Assembly (NCBI GenBank): GCA_963813075.1
Contig: CAWEXU010000020.1
Coordinates: forward strand, 1-31,287
DNA from: Methanotrichaceae archaeon
GTDB taxonomy: Archaea > Halobacteriota > Methanosarcinia > Methanotrichales > Methanotrichaceae
Length of the DNA: 31,287 nt
Reading direction: 5' to 3'
Shown: positions 9,418 to 18,737 of the stretch, piece after piece
How positions within the stretch are numbered: the first letter of the stretch is position 1
Layout of the letters: each line of letters opens with the position of its first letter
Notes under the pieces: model-generated
What the model saw: only the letters and a program-made list of their open reading frames with translations
What the model was told of the DNA's origin: nothing
Database searches by the model: none
Program-made: the position numbers and the translations under genes

Positions 9418-10351
9418 TTAATTTGCCTGCCGATCCGAATTGTTATGGCCGCACTCATACAGGGTCCCACTCATACAGAGTCCATCATGAGCCCTTCTTG
9501 TATGCTCCAGAAGTATTGAGACAATTCCATCCATCTCCCCCAAAGCCGCCAGGCGGACATCAACCCCAAACCCCTCTCTTTCCAAAGTGCTCTTCCAGGA
9601 ATCCGGGCCAAGGCCTCCAGATATCGTTTTTGGCGTGCCCTCCCGCCACAAGCAAAAAGGGGCGCAGCCTGACCTTTTGCGCCCCGGAGGCCTTCAGCTC
9701 GTCTATCATCTCCAAGAGTCCAGGGAAGCCCTCTATGGTGCCCAGAAGGACCTGGCCATGATCCTGCTTCAAGACCCTGGCCATCTGGGAGTAGATGGCA
9801 TCCGCCGGGTGGCCTGTGCCATGGCCTGCCAGCAGAACCGCCTCATTTTTCGAACCGGCTCCAAACTGGCTCATCCTGCCAGTTTCCTCTCCCGCATTCA
9901 AGCCAGCATCTCTTGTGGACTCATTCCATAGATCGGGCAGAATTTTTGAGACCCTCCGGCAGTCCTCCAGGCCGGAGAGAAGAGGAAGGCCTATTCGGAT
10001 CTTCATCCTCTTTCCCATGTCAGCCTCCTTTCTTTCATACTCTCTGGATATGGATACCAGCCGGTGGAACTCCCCTCCGGGAACGATCTGCAGGGATTGG
10101 ACCACCACCTGCTTGCACCCCTGGCTGGAGAGGTTGTCCAGGGCCTCCTCGATTCTCAGGACGGTGATCCCTTCCCGCACCTCTAGCCTCTTTATCATAA
10201 GGCGCGAGGTGAAGGCCAAAAGGATGGGAATGCCGGGAAAGTCCTTCCGGTATAAAGCCATGATCTTCTCATATGTGGCCACGGCCTGGGCGGAGGCTGA
10301 GCCGTAGGGCACAAGGACGATTCCCGTCTTCTCCGGGGAGGTCATAAGCAT
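9418..10351 (-). pseudogene. cbiK: Sirohydrochlorin cobaltochelatase CbiK with one frameshift near 9618 (real lesion or assembly error)
   Basis: LAFTSRLMIKRL, QSLQIVPGGEF, GHGT, PFLLVAGGHAKND. The C-terminus (GPDSWKSTLEREGF..LAALGE..ILLEH) continues in another frame; removing one base restores the CbiK spacing. Confidence 0.85.
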
Positions 10352-10399
10352 TATATCAGCTCCATTTTTGCAAATATATTCTATCATAAAAATTAAAAT

Positions 10400-10810
10400 T
10401 TACTTCTCATCCAGCTTCTCCTCGAACTCCTGGAAGGCGCGCAGGGACGAGGCCAGAACTTTGGTCTGGCCGATGAGGGCGGCGATGAACAGCGTATCCA
10501 GGATCTCGTCCAGGCTCGCCCCCGCCTGGGTGGCGGCGTTCATGTGCACCTTCAGGCACTTGTCCGCCCCTGAGGCGGCAGCGGCGGCAACGGCCAGCAG
10601 CTCTGCGGTCTTGGGCTCCAGGCTATTGGGCCGCAGGACGTAGAAGTCCTTCAGGCAGGAGAAGATCATGAACTCCGGCCGGCGGGCCATGACCCTTATG
10701 ATGAAGGGCACTATCCCCAGCATTGCCTCGCTGTCATCGAATATGTCTTCCTGAATCGAGTCCCTGTTCTCCAGCAGGGCTCTTATAAGCTCTTTATTTT
10801 CCGGTTTCAT
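10400..10810 (-). CDS. Carboxymuconolactone decarboxylase / AhpD-like protein
   Basis: LEPKTAELLAVAAAAA..ADKCLKVHM..A..AGAS.DEI. ATG 10810 overlaps the TPR gene stop (ATGA). Confidence 0.85.
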   Translation of the reverse strand: MKPENKELIRALLENRDSIQEDIFDDSEAMLGIVPFIIRVMARRPEFMIFSCLKDFYVLRPNSLEPKTAELLAVAAAAASGADKCLKVHMNAATQAGASLDEILDTLFIAALIGQTKVLASSLRAFQEFEEKLDEK

Positions 10811-12139
10811 TGTATTTGATTCGAGAGCTTTTCCCATTCTTGCAGCTTTCGCTTTACCTTCTGGGCATGGGGAGATTCTATTGACTCCAGAATCGTTAGG
10901 GCTGATTTGGCGCATTCGATGGCTTGGGGCATCTTGCCCTGATCTTTTAAGGCCAGGCTCATGTTCCACAATGCATTTCCTTCTCCCCTTCGGTCGCCGA
11001 TCTCCCTGGCTGATCTCCAGATGCCCGCTCGTAGTATTCGATCGCCTTGCGTAGCTCGCCCAGGTCGGCGCAGGCTGCCCAGGTTGCCCAAGTGGTTTCC
11101 TTCGCGCATTCTGTCCCCGATCTCCCTGGAGATGCTCAGAGCCTGATGGTAGTACTCGATGGCCTTCATTAGTCTCTCCCTAGGTGTGCGTAGGCATTGC
11201 CCAGTTGCCCAGATGGTTTCCTTCGCCTCTTCTGTCTCCTATCTCCTGTGCTATCTTGAGCGCCTGCTCGTAGTGCTCTATGGCTTTGCGAGGCTCGCCC
11301 AGATTGGCATAGGCATTTCCAAGGTTGCCCAGGCGATTTCCTTCGCCCCTCAGGTCTCCGATCTCCCTGCTGATCTTCAAGGCCTGCTCATAGTGCTCAA
11401 TTGCTTTGCGGGGCTCGCCCAGGTCGGCGTAGGCCAGGCCCAGGTTGCCCAGATCAGCGCCTTCGCCCTTTCTGTCTCCGATCTCCCTGCTGATCTTCAG
11501 GGCCTGCTCATAGTGCTCGATTGATTTTCGGGGCTCACTTAAAAGAGAATAAACCGTCCCAAGTTCACCAAGAATACGGGCACGCTCTCTCTGATCGCTT
11601 ATCTTATCCAGCAGGTACTCATTGATTCTCTTGCGCCTCAGCAGTTCCTCTTTGTTCTGATAGCTGAAATCAAGCGGAGTGGATAAACCTTCTAATGCTT
11701 GATAAACCGGCCCATGCTCAGTGCTCTCAAGTATATGATATCCCCCTCTATACCTCCAGAAGTCAGGTGCCTTCCAGATCACCTCATCCAGAGCAGATGG
11801 CGTCATGAAGATCAGGTTTGGAACGCCATTGTCATAAAAAAGCTCGCGAAAGTTGTTCAGAGCATCCAGAATATCCTGGCTGAGAGTTTCAGGCAGAGTC
11901 CAGATAAAAATCTCCTTCTCATCCGGCTTGATGCTCCGCAAGTCGGAGATGAGATCATCACCACTATCTACTGCCATGACCCGCACTGGAAAACGTCTCG
12001 CTATAGCTTCTATCACCCGATCTCGATAAGCAGGAGAGGCTACAGTGCAGAGGATGAGATTTCCCTTCCCCTGGGAGATCTCCAGCTCCGTGAGCAGGAG
12101 ATCAACCTCATCCAGATCCTCTAGAGCGACTGTCTCCAT
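10807..12139 (-). pseudogene. TPR-repeat protein with an N-terminal degenerate ATPase-like domain; several indels at 11008-11204
   Basis: Repeats of LGNLGxAYxxLGEPRKAIEHYEQALKISREIGDxxGEG; N-terminal LNNFRELF..KAPDFWRYRGG. About six small indels can be reconstructed from the repeat consensus. Confidence 0.85.
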
Positions 12140-12243
12140 TTCTCCACCAGAGGGAGGAGCATGGGATCGACCTCGCACCATCTCCCCTCTTCGTCCTCGT
12201 ACTCGACCGCGGTCAGGCTGAAGAGAAGCTCACGGGTCAGGAC
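12121..12243 (-). pseudogene. 3' relic (40 codons) of a probable P-loop ATPase gene
   Basis: VLTRELLFSLTAVEYEDEEGRWCEVDPMLLPLVEKWRQSL*. Preceded by an in-frame TAG and overlapping the TPR start. Resembles the LLxxLxxLEY..W.DVHP C-termini of ATPases that precede such TPR genes. Confidence 0.6.
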
Positions 12244-12256
12244 CTAATCCCACCTT

Positions 12257-12844
12257 TCAGCACACCAGCCTCTCAAAGCAATTCTTGCAGAGCACCTTTC
12301 CCCCGGCCGTCCTCCCCAGGACCTCCATGAACTCCTCGCCGCACTCCTCGCACTTCAGTGAGGGATGGATGCGCGCCTTCTCGGGAGCGGGAATCTCGAC
12401 CTCCTCCACCTCGAGGATATCCTCGTCCCTGGCGGAAAGGAGCTTATCGATTGCCTGGGAGCGGAGGGCGGCCATCCTCTCTTTATCCTCCGGGCTCAGA
12501 TCCCCTTGGGCCATCTTCTGGCGAAGCTCGTCCATCCCCTCGAAGATCCCGCCGCGGAAATAGATTCTGAGGGCCTTATTCTTATCGCGGGAGTAGAAGG
12601 TGAAGGCCTGCTTGCCAAAATCTCTAAAAAGCAGGTTTCCCTTGCCGGCGGTGCATCCCAGCATGGATTGTATGGCATCTACGCTACAGGATTTGTTCTC
12701 AGCGATGCAGACCAGCTCCTCGTCCTGGGAGCGGGGGTAGTGCTCTTTCACATATTTTGCAATGCGATAGCCAATGGCAAGGCCAGGACAGGTGTGGCCG
12801 TGAAATATAGCTGCCTCTTTGAAGTCATCATCCATATCTGTCAC
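12257..12844 (-). CDS. FmdE-family metal-binding protein with C-terminal C4 zinc finger
   Basis: FHGHTCPGLAIG, ENKSCSVDAIQSMLGCTAGKGNL, CEECGE..LCKNC. Start GTG 12844 or ATG 12835. Confidence 0.9.
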   Translation of the reverse strand: MTDMDDDFKEAAIFHGHTCPGLAIGYRIAKYVKEHYPRSQDEELVCIAENKSCSVDAIQSMLGCTAGKGNLLFRDFGKQAFTFYSRDKNKALRIYFRGGIFEGMDELRQKMAQGDLSPEDKERMAALRSQAIDKLLSARDEDILEVEEVEIPAPEKARIHPSLKCEECGEEFMEVLGRTAGGKVLCKNCFERLVC

Positions 12845-12916
12845 CTGAAATCATTAAGCGAAATTCCGAATTCTATTGATTTGCAAAGGATAAGTAAAGA
12901 GCGGTCGTGACATTTT

Positions 12917-13918
12917 TTATGATTTTCTGCCCGGCATGCCCCACATGTAGCCCCGGCCGTTTTGCCTCTCCAGCTCAATCTTGTAAGTGCCGCGGTACCT
13001 GGGATCATCGATAACCGCATAGCCACGGGCAATATTCAAATCATCTGCCGAAATGGCCACGGATATATGGCCCACGATCCCGGCTTGATCTTCTGAATCG
13101 GAGACCGTGCTCGGCCCGGCCAGGCTTGCCCTCAGAGTGGAATTGTTGAAAGAAGATTCTATGGTGACATTCACCAGCCGATAGCTATCATTGCTGATCC
13201 TCAAGCTCCCCCTTAAAATCGTATTCCTATTGCCAGACCCCAGCTGGGATCTTATATCCTCAAGGCTGAGGTTTGATGAGAGCAGATTCCTGGCCACATC
13301 CGGGTCCAAAGTCAAGATGCTCTCCACATTCAGCCTGACGGGATATGATTCGCTCATCTTTGCTCGCCGTTCCCCGCCAATTCTGGACATCAACATCCCC
13401 ACGACCAGCGCCATTGGCAGTCGCCTGTTGTGCACCTTTACCGCTGGAAGCATTCAATGAGGGGCTGTTCGCTCCACCCATCTGGGATCTTGACCTTTCC
13501 CCCATTTGGGATGCAGGAGGGATATCTGCCTGAGATCCGGTATTGCCACCGGTCTTGGGTCCAAAGCCGCTGCCAGCCTGAGATCCGGAGTTGCTGCCAG
13601 CCTGAGAGGATCGAGAGTATTGCCGCCGGTTTGGGGTCCGGAACTGTCACCGGCCTGGGGAACTGAGTTGCCGCCGACCTGAGATCCAGAGCCGCTGCTG
13701 GCCTGAGGGCCGGTGTTGCCGCCAGCCAGAGAGTCAGAGCTGCTGCCGGTCTGAGATCCAGAGGCGGTGGCGATTTGGGAGGGAGAATTTCCGCCCATTT
13801 GGGACCCTGAAGTCTCGCCCTGCTGAGCTGCTGAGCATGAACCGCATATCAACAGCAACAATACTGCCAGAGTGAAAAAAGTCAAATCCTGGCACATCCT
13901 CAGTCTCATCTCAATCAT
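12917..13918 (-). pseudogene. Secreted protein: signal peptide, Ser/Gly/Gln-rich repeats, C-terminal beta-rich domain; two frameshifts (about 13610 and 13353)
   Basis: Three ORF pieces join into one protein: signal peptide + GSQxGGNS repeats, then ..QNWRGTASKD(G)ESYPVRLNVES..RGSLRISNDSYRLVNV.. Confidence 0.7.
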
Positions 13919-14014
13919 TGCATGTCCTGCCAGGTAATATAAGTTGTTGTAGGATGTCTGGGATCATTGCCCCTGAGACATCCCATTGGCGTTTATGTAT
14001 TCATGCTGGCTAAA

Positions 14015-14484
14015 TTATTTTTGGCAGCTGCCGTCGCGTTTGCGATCGCCTTCGCCGTCACAGTCGCCATTTGACCGTCCTTTATCCTGGTTTCCATACT
14101 GGTTGCCCAGTCCATCCTGGTTCCCAATTGGGCAGTTGGGTTTATTGCAGTTCGCACCGCATTGCCATTCTGAGCCCCAGGCCCATTCTGAGCTGCTGCG
14201 CCGTTTTTAGCTCCCTGGCCGTTTTGAGCTCCTCTGCCATTCTCGGCCGCGGGACCATTATCGTCTTTCTGACCAAACTGATTCTGATTGCCCAGACCAT
14301 CCTGATTTGCATACGGGCAGTTGATATTGTTGCAGTTCTCGCCGCAATTGCCATTCTGAGCCCCAGGCCCATTCTGGGCACCAAGGCCATTCTGTGACGC
14401 TTTTCCGTTCTGTGCGGCCAGAGCAGGAGATGCCAGCAGGCATGCAACTACTAGAAGAACCGACAATATTGCTGTGTACTTCAT
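14015..14484 (-). pseudogene. Secreted Gly/Gln/Asn-rich repeat protein with Cys clusters; 1-nt deletion at about 14161
   Basis: Signal peptide ending PALA, GAQNG repeats, and a duplicated unit CGxNCNxxNCP..NQDGLGNQ. The second copy lacks one T relative to the first; the corrected end is GDCDGEGDRKRDGSCQK* at 14015. Confidence 0.75.
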
Positions 14485-14600
14485 ATTTTTCATACCTCCA
14501 GATGGGATGACCCTATTTGCCATCCTCATCCACTCCTGGCACTGAACGATAGAAGAAATCCAGGCCGAACCGGGATAGAAATCTCATTTCCCAAAACTGC

Positions 14601-15647
14601 TTATAATCGTTCTTTATTGTTCGAAAATTGCTCAGACAATTCTATTATGTTCGTCCTGCCTACTCCTTTTTTGGTTATCAATTTGCGCTTCTCCATTGAG
14701 GTTAAAATGCCTGAAAGAGACGATTTGGATATATCCAGCTCATAGCTGAGATCCCTCTGGGCCATCCTCCCTCCGCGCTGCAGCAATAGCCTGAAGATGG
14801 ATTGCTCTTTATCCGGAAGGGTGGCCATCACGGAAGATATTTCGCCGGTCACCTCTTTATCTGCTCTGACCCCCGCACTGCCCGCTTTACTCCCACTGAA
14901 TCCGACCTGATTATGCTCAGAATTTCTGTGGACGGATGCGGGGTCCATCAAAATCTCATCCGCGGCAAGGCACGGGCCTCGCCCCCCTGATCTTGACCTG
15001 CGTCGGGAAGAACTGGCCCGAAGCCCCAGGCCAGCGAGCAGTAAAATGATGAAAGCTATTGCTATATATTTCGTTAAATATGGTTTTAGACTGAATCCAC
15101 CCGCCCCTCCGCCTGTACCTGCAGAGGGGAATGAATCTGCCTTTTCAGCCGCTGCCTGGTCAAGCTGGAGAGAATATCTGATATCAACCGCAGGATCCGT
15201 GATATCATGTCCATGAACCTCAGCTACCACTGATTGGTTGGCGGCATAAACCAGATAATCAAGATCCTGTGAAGAATTAACTCCGCTCAGCTTTGCACTC
15301 GCGGGCAGATAGAAGATGATCCTGTACTCTTCATAGATGCCTGGAGACTCAAAGCTAACACTCCAGTTATCGGCGGATTTGGAGGTGAGAGCATTGGTGA
15401 TAGCATACAGCTGCCGGCTCAGATCCTCATAAGAATACTCTGAGGAGTTCAAAAAGGGCAGGGATCCGGGGTCCTCAATATATCCAGTGATCAAGCACCT
15501 GCCGCTTTCGTCGACATACAGGCTCAATATGAGCTGATTGGAAATCTGGCCATCAGAATCCGCCTGGTCTGATGCCGCTGTAAGCCAGATGGAATTGAAG
15601 AGAACAAACACCAAGATCAAACCGATCGATAGATCCGGCCTGGGCAT
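14601..15647 (-). CDS. Membrane-anchored winged-helix regulator (signal peptide, extracellular domain, TM helix, wHTH; COG2512-like)
   Basis: Hydrophobic N-terminus, TM segment YIAIAFIILLLAGLGL followed by an Arg cluster, C-terminal LPDKEQSIFRLL..GGRMAQRDL..ISKSSLSGILTSMEKRKLI.K..GRTNII. Confidence 0.82.
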   Translation of the reverse strand: MPRPDLSIGLILVFVLFNSIWLTAASDQADSDGQISNQLILSLYVDESGRCLITGYIEDPGSLPFLNSSEYSYEDLSRQLYAITNALTSKSADNWSVSFESPGIYEEYRIIFYLPASAKLSGVNSSQDLDYLVYAANQSVVAEVHGHDITDPAVDIRYSLQLDQAAAEKADSFPSAGTGGGAGGFSLKPYLTKYIAIAFIILLLAGLGLRASSSRRRSRSGGRGPCLAADEILMDPASVHRNSEHNQVGFSGSKAGSAGVRADKEVTGEISSVMATLPDKEQSIFRLLLQRGGRMAQRDLSYELDISKSSLSGILTSMEKRKLITKKGVGRTNIIELSEQFSNNKERL

Positions 15648-15722
15648 ACATCAAACTAATCCAGACTGCAACTTAAACCTGATGGAGGACTCGGGCCGAA
15701 AGAAAGATAGCCGCAGCTTGCC

Positions 15723-16097
15723 ATGCAGTATCTCATGCTGATGGGACGCAAAGCCAAGCCCGAGTCGCCGGAGGAGATGGCCCTGGTGCATCACGCTCTG
15801 GAAAATCCAACCCGCCGCAGGATGCTGATCCTCATGAATGAAGGCCAGCTGACGGTAGATGAGATCGCGAAGGCGGTGGGCGATAGAATGCTCGACTACC
15901 AGCTGCACCGGCTGGAGCTGGCAGGACTGCTGGAGGTGCATGATGGGCAAATAACCCTGACCGAAGCCGGGGTAGCCTATGGCGGCCTGGTGAAATTGGA
16001 AAAGGAGAAGGGAGGAGCGGACAAAATAGGACCTGACGACTGCAGGCCTATTGGCATAGACTTACAGATATCATGCTGCCTATGGATCTCCTTTTGA
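15723..16097 (+). CDS. ArsR-like winged-helix transcriptional regulator (termini uncertain)
   Basis: HHALENPTRRRMLILM..LTVDEI..LDYQLHRLELAGLL..LTEAG. Confidence 0.75.
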   Translation: MQYLMLMGRKAKPESPEEMALVHHALENPTRRRMLILMNEGQLTVDEIAKAVGDRMLDYQLHRLELAGLLEVHDGQITLTEAGVAYGGLVKLEKEKGGADKIGPDDCRPIGIDLQISCCLWISF

Positions 16098-16174
16098 TCT
16101 CACTGGATCTGACCATGCTGCAGGTTTTGATCTGGATCATGCCAGCATTGGGAATCCCATCTTTCCCGGATAGC

Positions 16175-16342
16175 TCAGCCGTGGGACCTCTGTACCTTGC
16201 GCTCATTGCGATCCAGGTAATCTTTTATCGCCTCGACTATGACCTCGGAGCGCTGCACATAAAGAGCCCCTCTGCTCTTAATAACGAAATTCGACAGCCT
16301 GTCGTTCAGATCCGGACTGAGCTCCACCTCGATTTTAGGCAT
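16175..16342 (-). CDS. Ribbon-helix-helix (CopG-like) protein, 55 aa
   Basis: MPKIEVELSPDLNDRLSNFVIKSRGALYVQRSEVIVEAIKDYLDRNERKVQRSHG*: alternating beta strand, helix, RSEVIxEAIxDYL helix. Below the ORF-track size cutoff. Confidence 0.75.
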   Translation of the reverse strand: MPKIEVELSPDLNDRLSNFVIKSRGALYVQRSEVIVEAIKDYLDRNERKVQRSHG

Positions 16343-16378
16343 GATATTTGGTGGGCCAAGCTAGTATTTTAACATTAT

Positions 16379-17431
16379 TTAAGGCTTGAGCCTTTTGATC
16401 TCCAGATATCTGATCCCATCATCCGGATAGGCGAATACCATCTGCTTTCTCACCGAATGAGCCAGGCGAACGGTGCGGGAGAGCACCGGGGGCATGAAGA
16501 TATGATCCGGAGGGATGGTATGCACCAGGTACTCGGAGTGAGGAACCTTTACCGTCCCTTGAACCTGCTTGTAGACCCGAAAGTGGGTGCCGAACTTGAA
16601 TCCCGTCTTCACCACCAGGCTCTTCTCCCTCAGGTCCCGGTAGGCTCCAAGCTTCAGGTCGAAGTCCTCATCGATTTGCCGTGCCCTGGCGGTGAGGGCA
16701 GGCAGGTCGACCGGTCTTCCCTGGCGATCGGTCAGCTGAATCTTGCCCTTCTCCAATAGGTACGCCGACTCGACCAAAGAGAGCTGCAGCTGCTCGCCCA
16801 CGGGCTTACCAAAAAATCCATTCTCATGCAAAAGCCGGGAGGCCTCAATATCCCATAGAACCACTCGATCCTCAAGCAGGGTGGCCACGCCCCCGTCCAC
16901 CAGGCCGCTCATCATGCCAGTCATAGACCTCTCCCGGGCCTCATAAAAGGTGATGTCGCTCTCCTCATCCACAATGGCCAGCATGAGCTTTTTTCTCATC
17001 TGTCCGGCCAGGCGGACCGGCTCCATTATCTCCTTTAAAGGCAAGGGATTGCGCTCCGATATGACCAGAACATAAAATTCTGCCGGCCCCTTTCCCGGGT
17101 GGCCGCCCCGGGGGTAGACCCGAAAATCAGGCCTGCCGGGCTGGACGTAGTAGCCCCGCTCCCTCAGATCCTTGTAGACCACATAACGAAACTCAAATCC
17201 CTTCTCCATTGATGACGCCGCCTGAAAAAAGGATCTGAAGTCCAGCTCTTTCCCATCCCGGAGTATCTTCAATCGGGATCGATCCAAAAGATATGCCGCC
17301 TCCACCAGGGATAGCTCCAGGCCCTTCCCTTTGGGCCGGCCGAAGTAGCCCTGCTCGTAGAGTTCAGGCAGGGCCTCAGGGCCCAGACGGATCCTATCCT
17401 CCTCAAACCGGCCCTGCAACTCAACTGACAT
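16379..17431 (-). CDS. endA: tRNA-splicing endonuclease (duplicated-domain, homodimeric type)
   Basis: Two LSLVEAAYL/LSLVESAYL repeats, VYKDLRERGY, KTGFKFGTHFRVY, HSEYLV, RLAHSVRK. Confidence 0.95.
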   Translation of the reverse strand: MSVELQGRFEEDRIRLGPEALPELYEQGYFGRPKGKGLELSLVEAAYLLDRSRLKILRDGKELDFRSFFQAASSMEKGFEFRYVVYKDLRERGYYVQPGRPDFRVYPRGGHPGKGPAEFYVLVISERNPLPLKEIMEPVRLAGQMRKKLMLAIVDEESDITFYEARERSMTGMMSGLVDGGVATLLEDRVVLWDIEASRLLHENGFFGKPVGEQLQLSLVESAYLLEKGKIQLTDRQGRPVDLPALTARARQIDEDFDLKLGAYRDLREKSLVVKTGFKFGTHFRVYKQVQGTVKVPHSEYLVHTIPPDHIFMPPVLSRTVRLAHSVRKQMVFAYPDDGIRYLEIKRLKP

Positions 17432-17478
17432 CCAAACCCTTGCCTAACCTATGCCTGCTCTGCTTTGGAATCGAGCAT

Positions 17479-18634
17479 TCAGCAGCTCAGTTTATCCGGC
17501 CAGACGCCGTGCATGACGCCCAGAGCCCGGTCCACCAGGGAGTGCACATCTGCCGCCGGGTAGCCAGCAGAGAGCAGATAAGATTCAACGTGGTTTGGCA
17601 CGGCGATGGACATCTGCTCCACCATGGAGACCGTCTGCAGTATGGTGTACTCGCCCAGCTTGAAGGGGATTATGGCATCGGAGACTAATAGCTCGAATAT
17701 CTCCGGGCTGATGGGCCGCTCTGTTCCGGAGAGGAATGCCTCCAGAATCTCGCTGGTCCATTCGTGCTTCTTGCCCTCATCCTGATAGGGCATCACCACC
17801 ACCTCTCGCGTCTTGGCATACTGCTCTACCAGCTGGGCTGCAGTTACATCTCCCTTGAATACCAGATTCAGGAAGTTGGTATGGGGGACAGTGGTTGGCA
17901 CCTTGCTCGCCCGAATGGAGAAGTTGACCTCCTTGAAGATGGTTCCGGCATCTGTGCCCTGATGGCCTGCTCCCTTGCCGAACTGAACGGCACTGGGCGA
18001 AGCCTTGACCACCGTATGCGGATCTCCGTGCCTGCGGTCGATGTTCCCCAGGACGGCGGTAAGTCCCAGGGGCCGGGCGGCCAGAGCCAGACGGGAGAGG
18101 CCGGTGGTATTGCAACTTGTGCACTGCACGAGCTTCGGCCTGGCCTTGCTGAACATCTCATAGTTTTCCAGACCAAAGAAGAACTCGCGGGCGAAGTCCG
18201 CTTTCAGCTCATCGGTGATCTTAACCTTCTTATTCTCCTCCAGTCCCTTCAAGAGCTCAGGCCGATCGGCTCCTCCCATGAGGGAGACAAAGCAGTCATT
18301 GGCCAGGCCCGCCTCGACATAGGGCAGCTCCTGGTCACCAGGGGTTCCCACCATGATAAAATCGGATGACTTGAAGAAGTCGTCGTATCCGCCCTCAACC
18401 TTTACCCCTGCTGCCTGCCACTTGTCCTTTAAGGGACATATCGCTGAGATAGGCCTTCACGCCATAAAGGCGGTTGAACTTGGCCACAATGGACATGGCC
18501 CGGCCATGAGGCTTTCTGAGGAGCACATTCAAGTCGCCCTCAATTCCTGCCGCCTTCTTGACCTCTGCTATAGCAAGAAGAGTTCTTTTATTCTCTGTTC
18601 CATCAAAACCCACAAAGCCAGCGTTGCACTTCAA
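17479..18634 (-). pseudogene. Divergent archaeal type II glyceraldehyde-3-phosphate dehydrogenase-like protein, +1 frameshift at about 18430
   Basis: Catalytic SCNTTGLSR, RRHGDP, VPTT..H. The N-terminal piece (TTG 18634 after GGAGTGA) joins as ..SDMSLKDKWQAAGVKVEGGYDDFFKSSDFIMVGTPG when one base is removed. Confidence 0.75.
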
Positions 18635-18737
18635 GAATCTTCACTCCTGATATGAAGTCTTAGTGACTATATTTTAACCTTTCCTGATTGCAGGAGGGCC
18701 ATTAGAGATCGCTGGACAGGACTATCCTATTCCCGAA

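Noticed and set aside
11000..11210. Diversity-generating retroelement variable region in the TPR repeats (two A-to-G changes)
   Set aside because: Changes are mostly indels, and no reverse transcriptase or template repeat is present in the window.
16073..16372. 99-aa plus-strand hydrophobic ORF
   Set aside because: Antisense shadow of the better-supported RHH gene.
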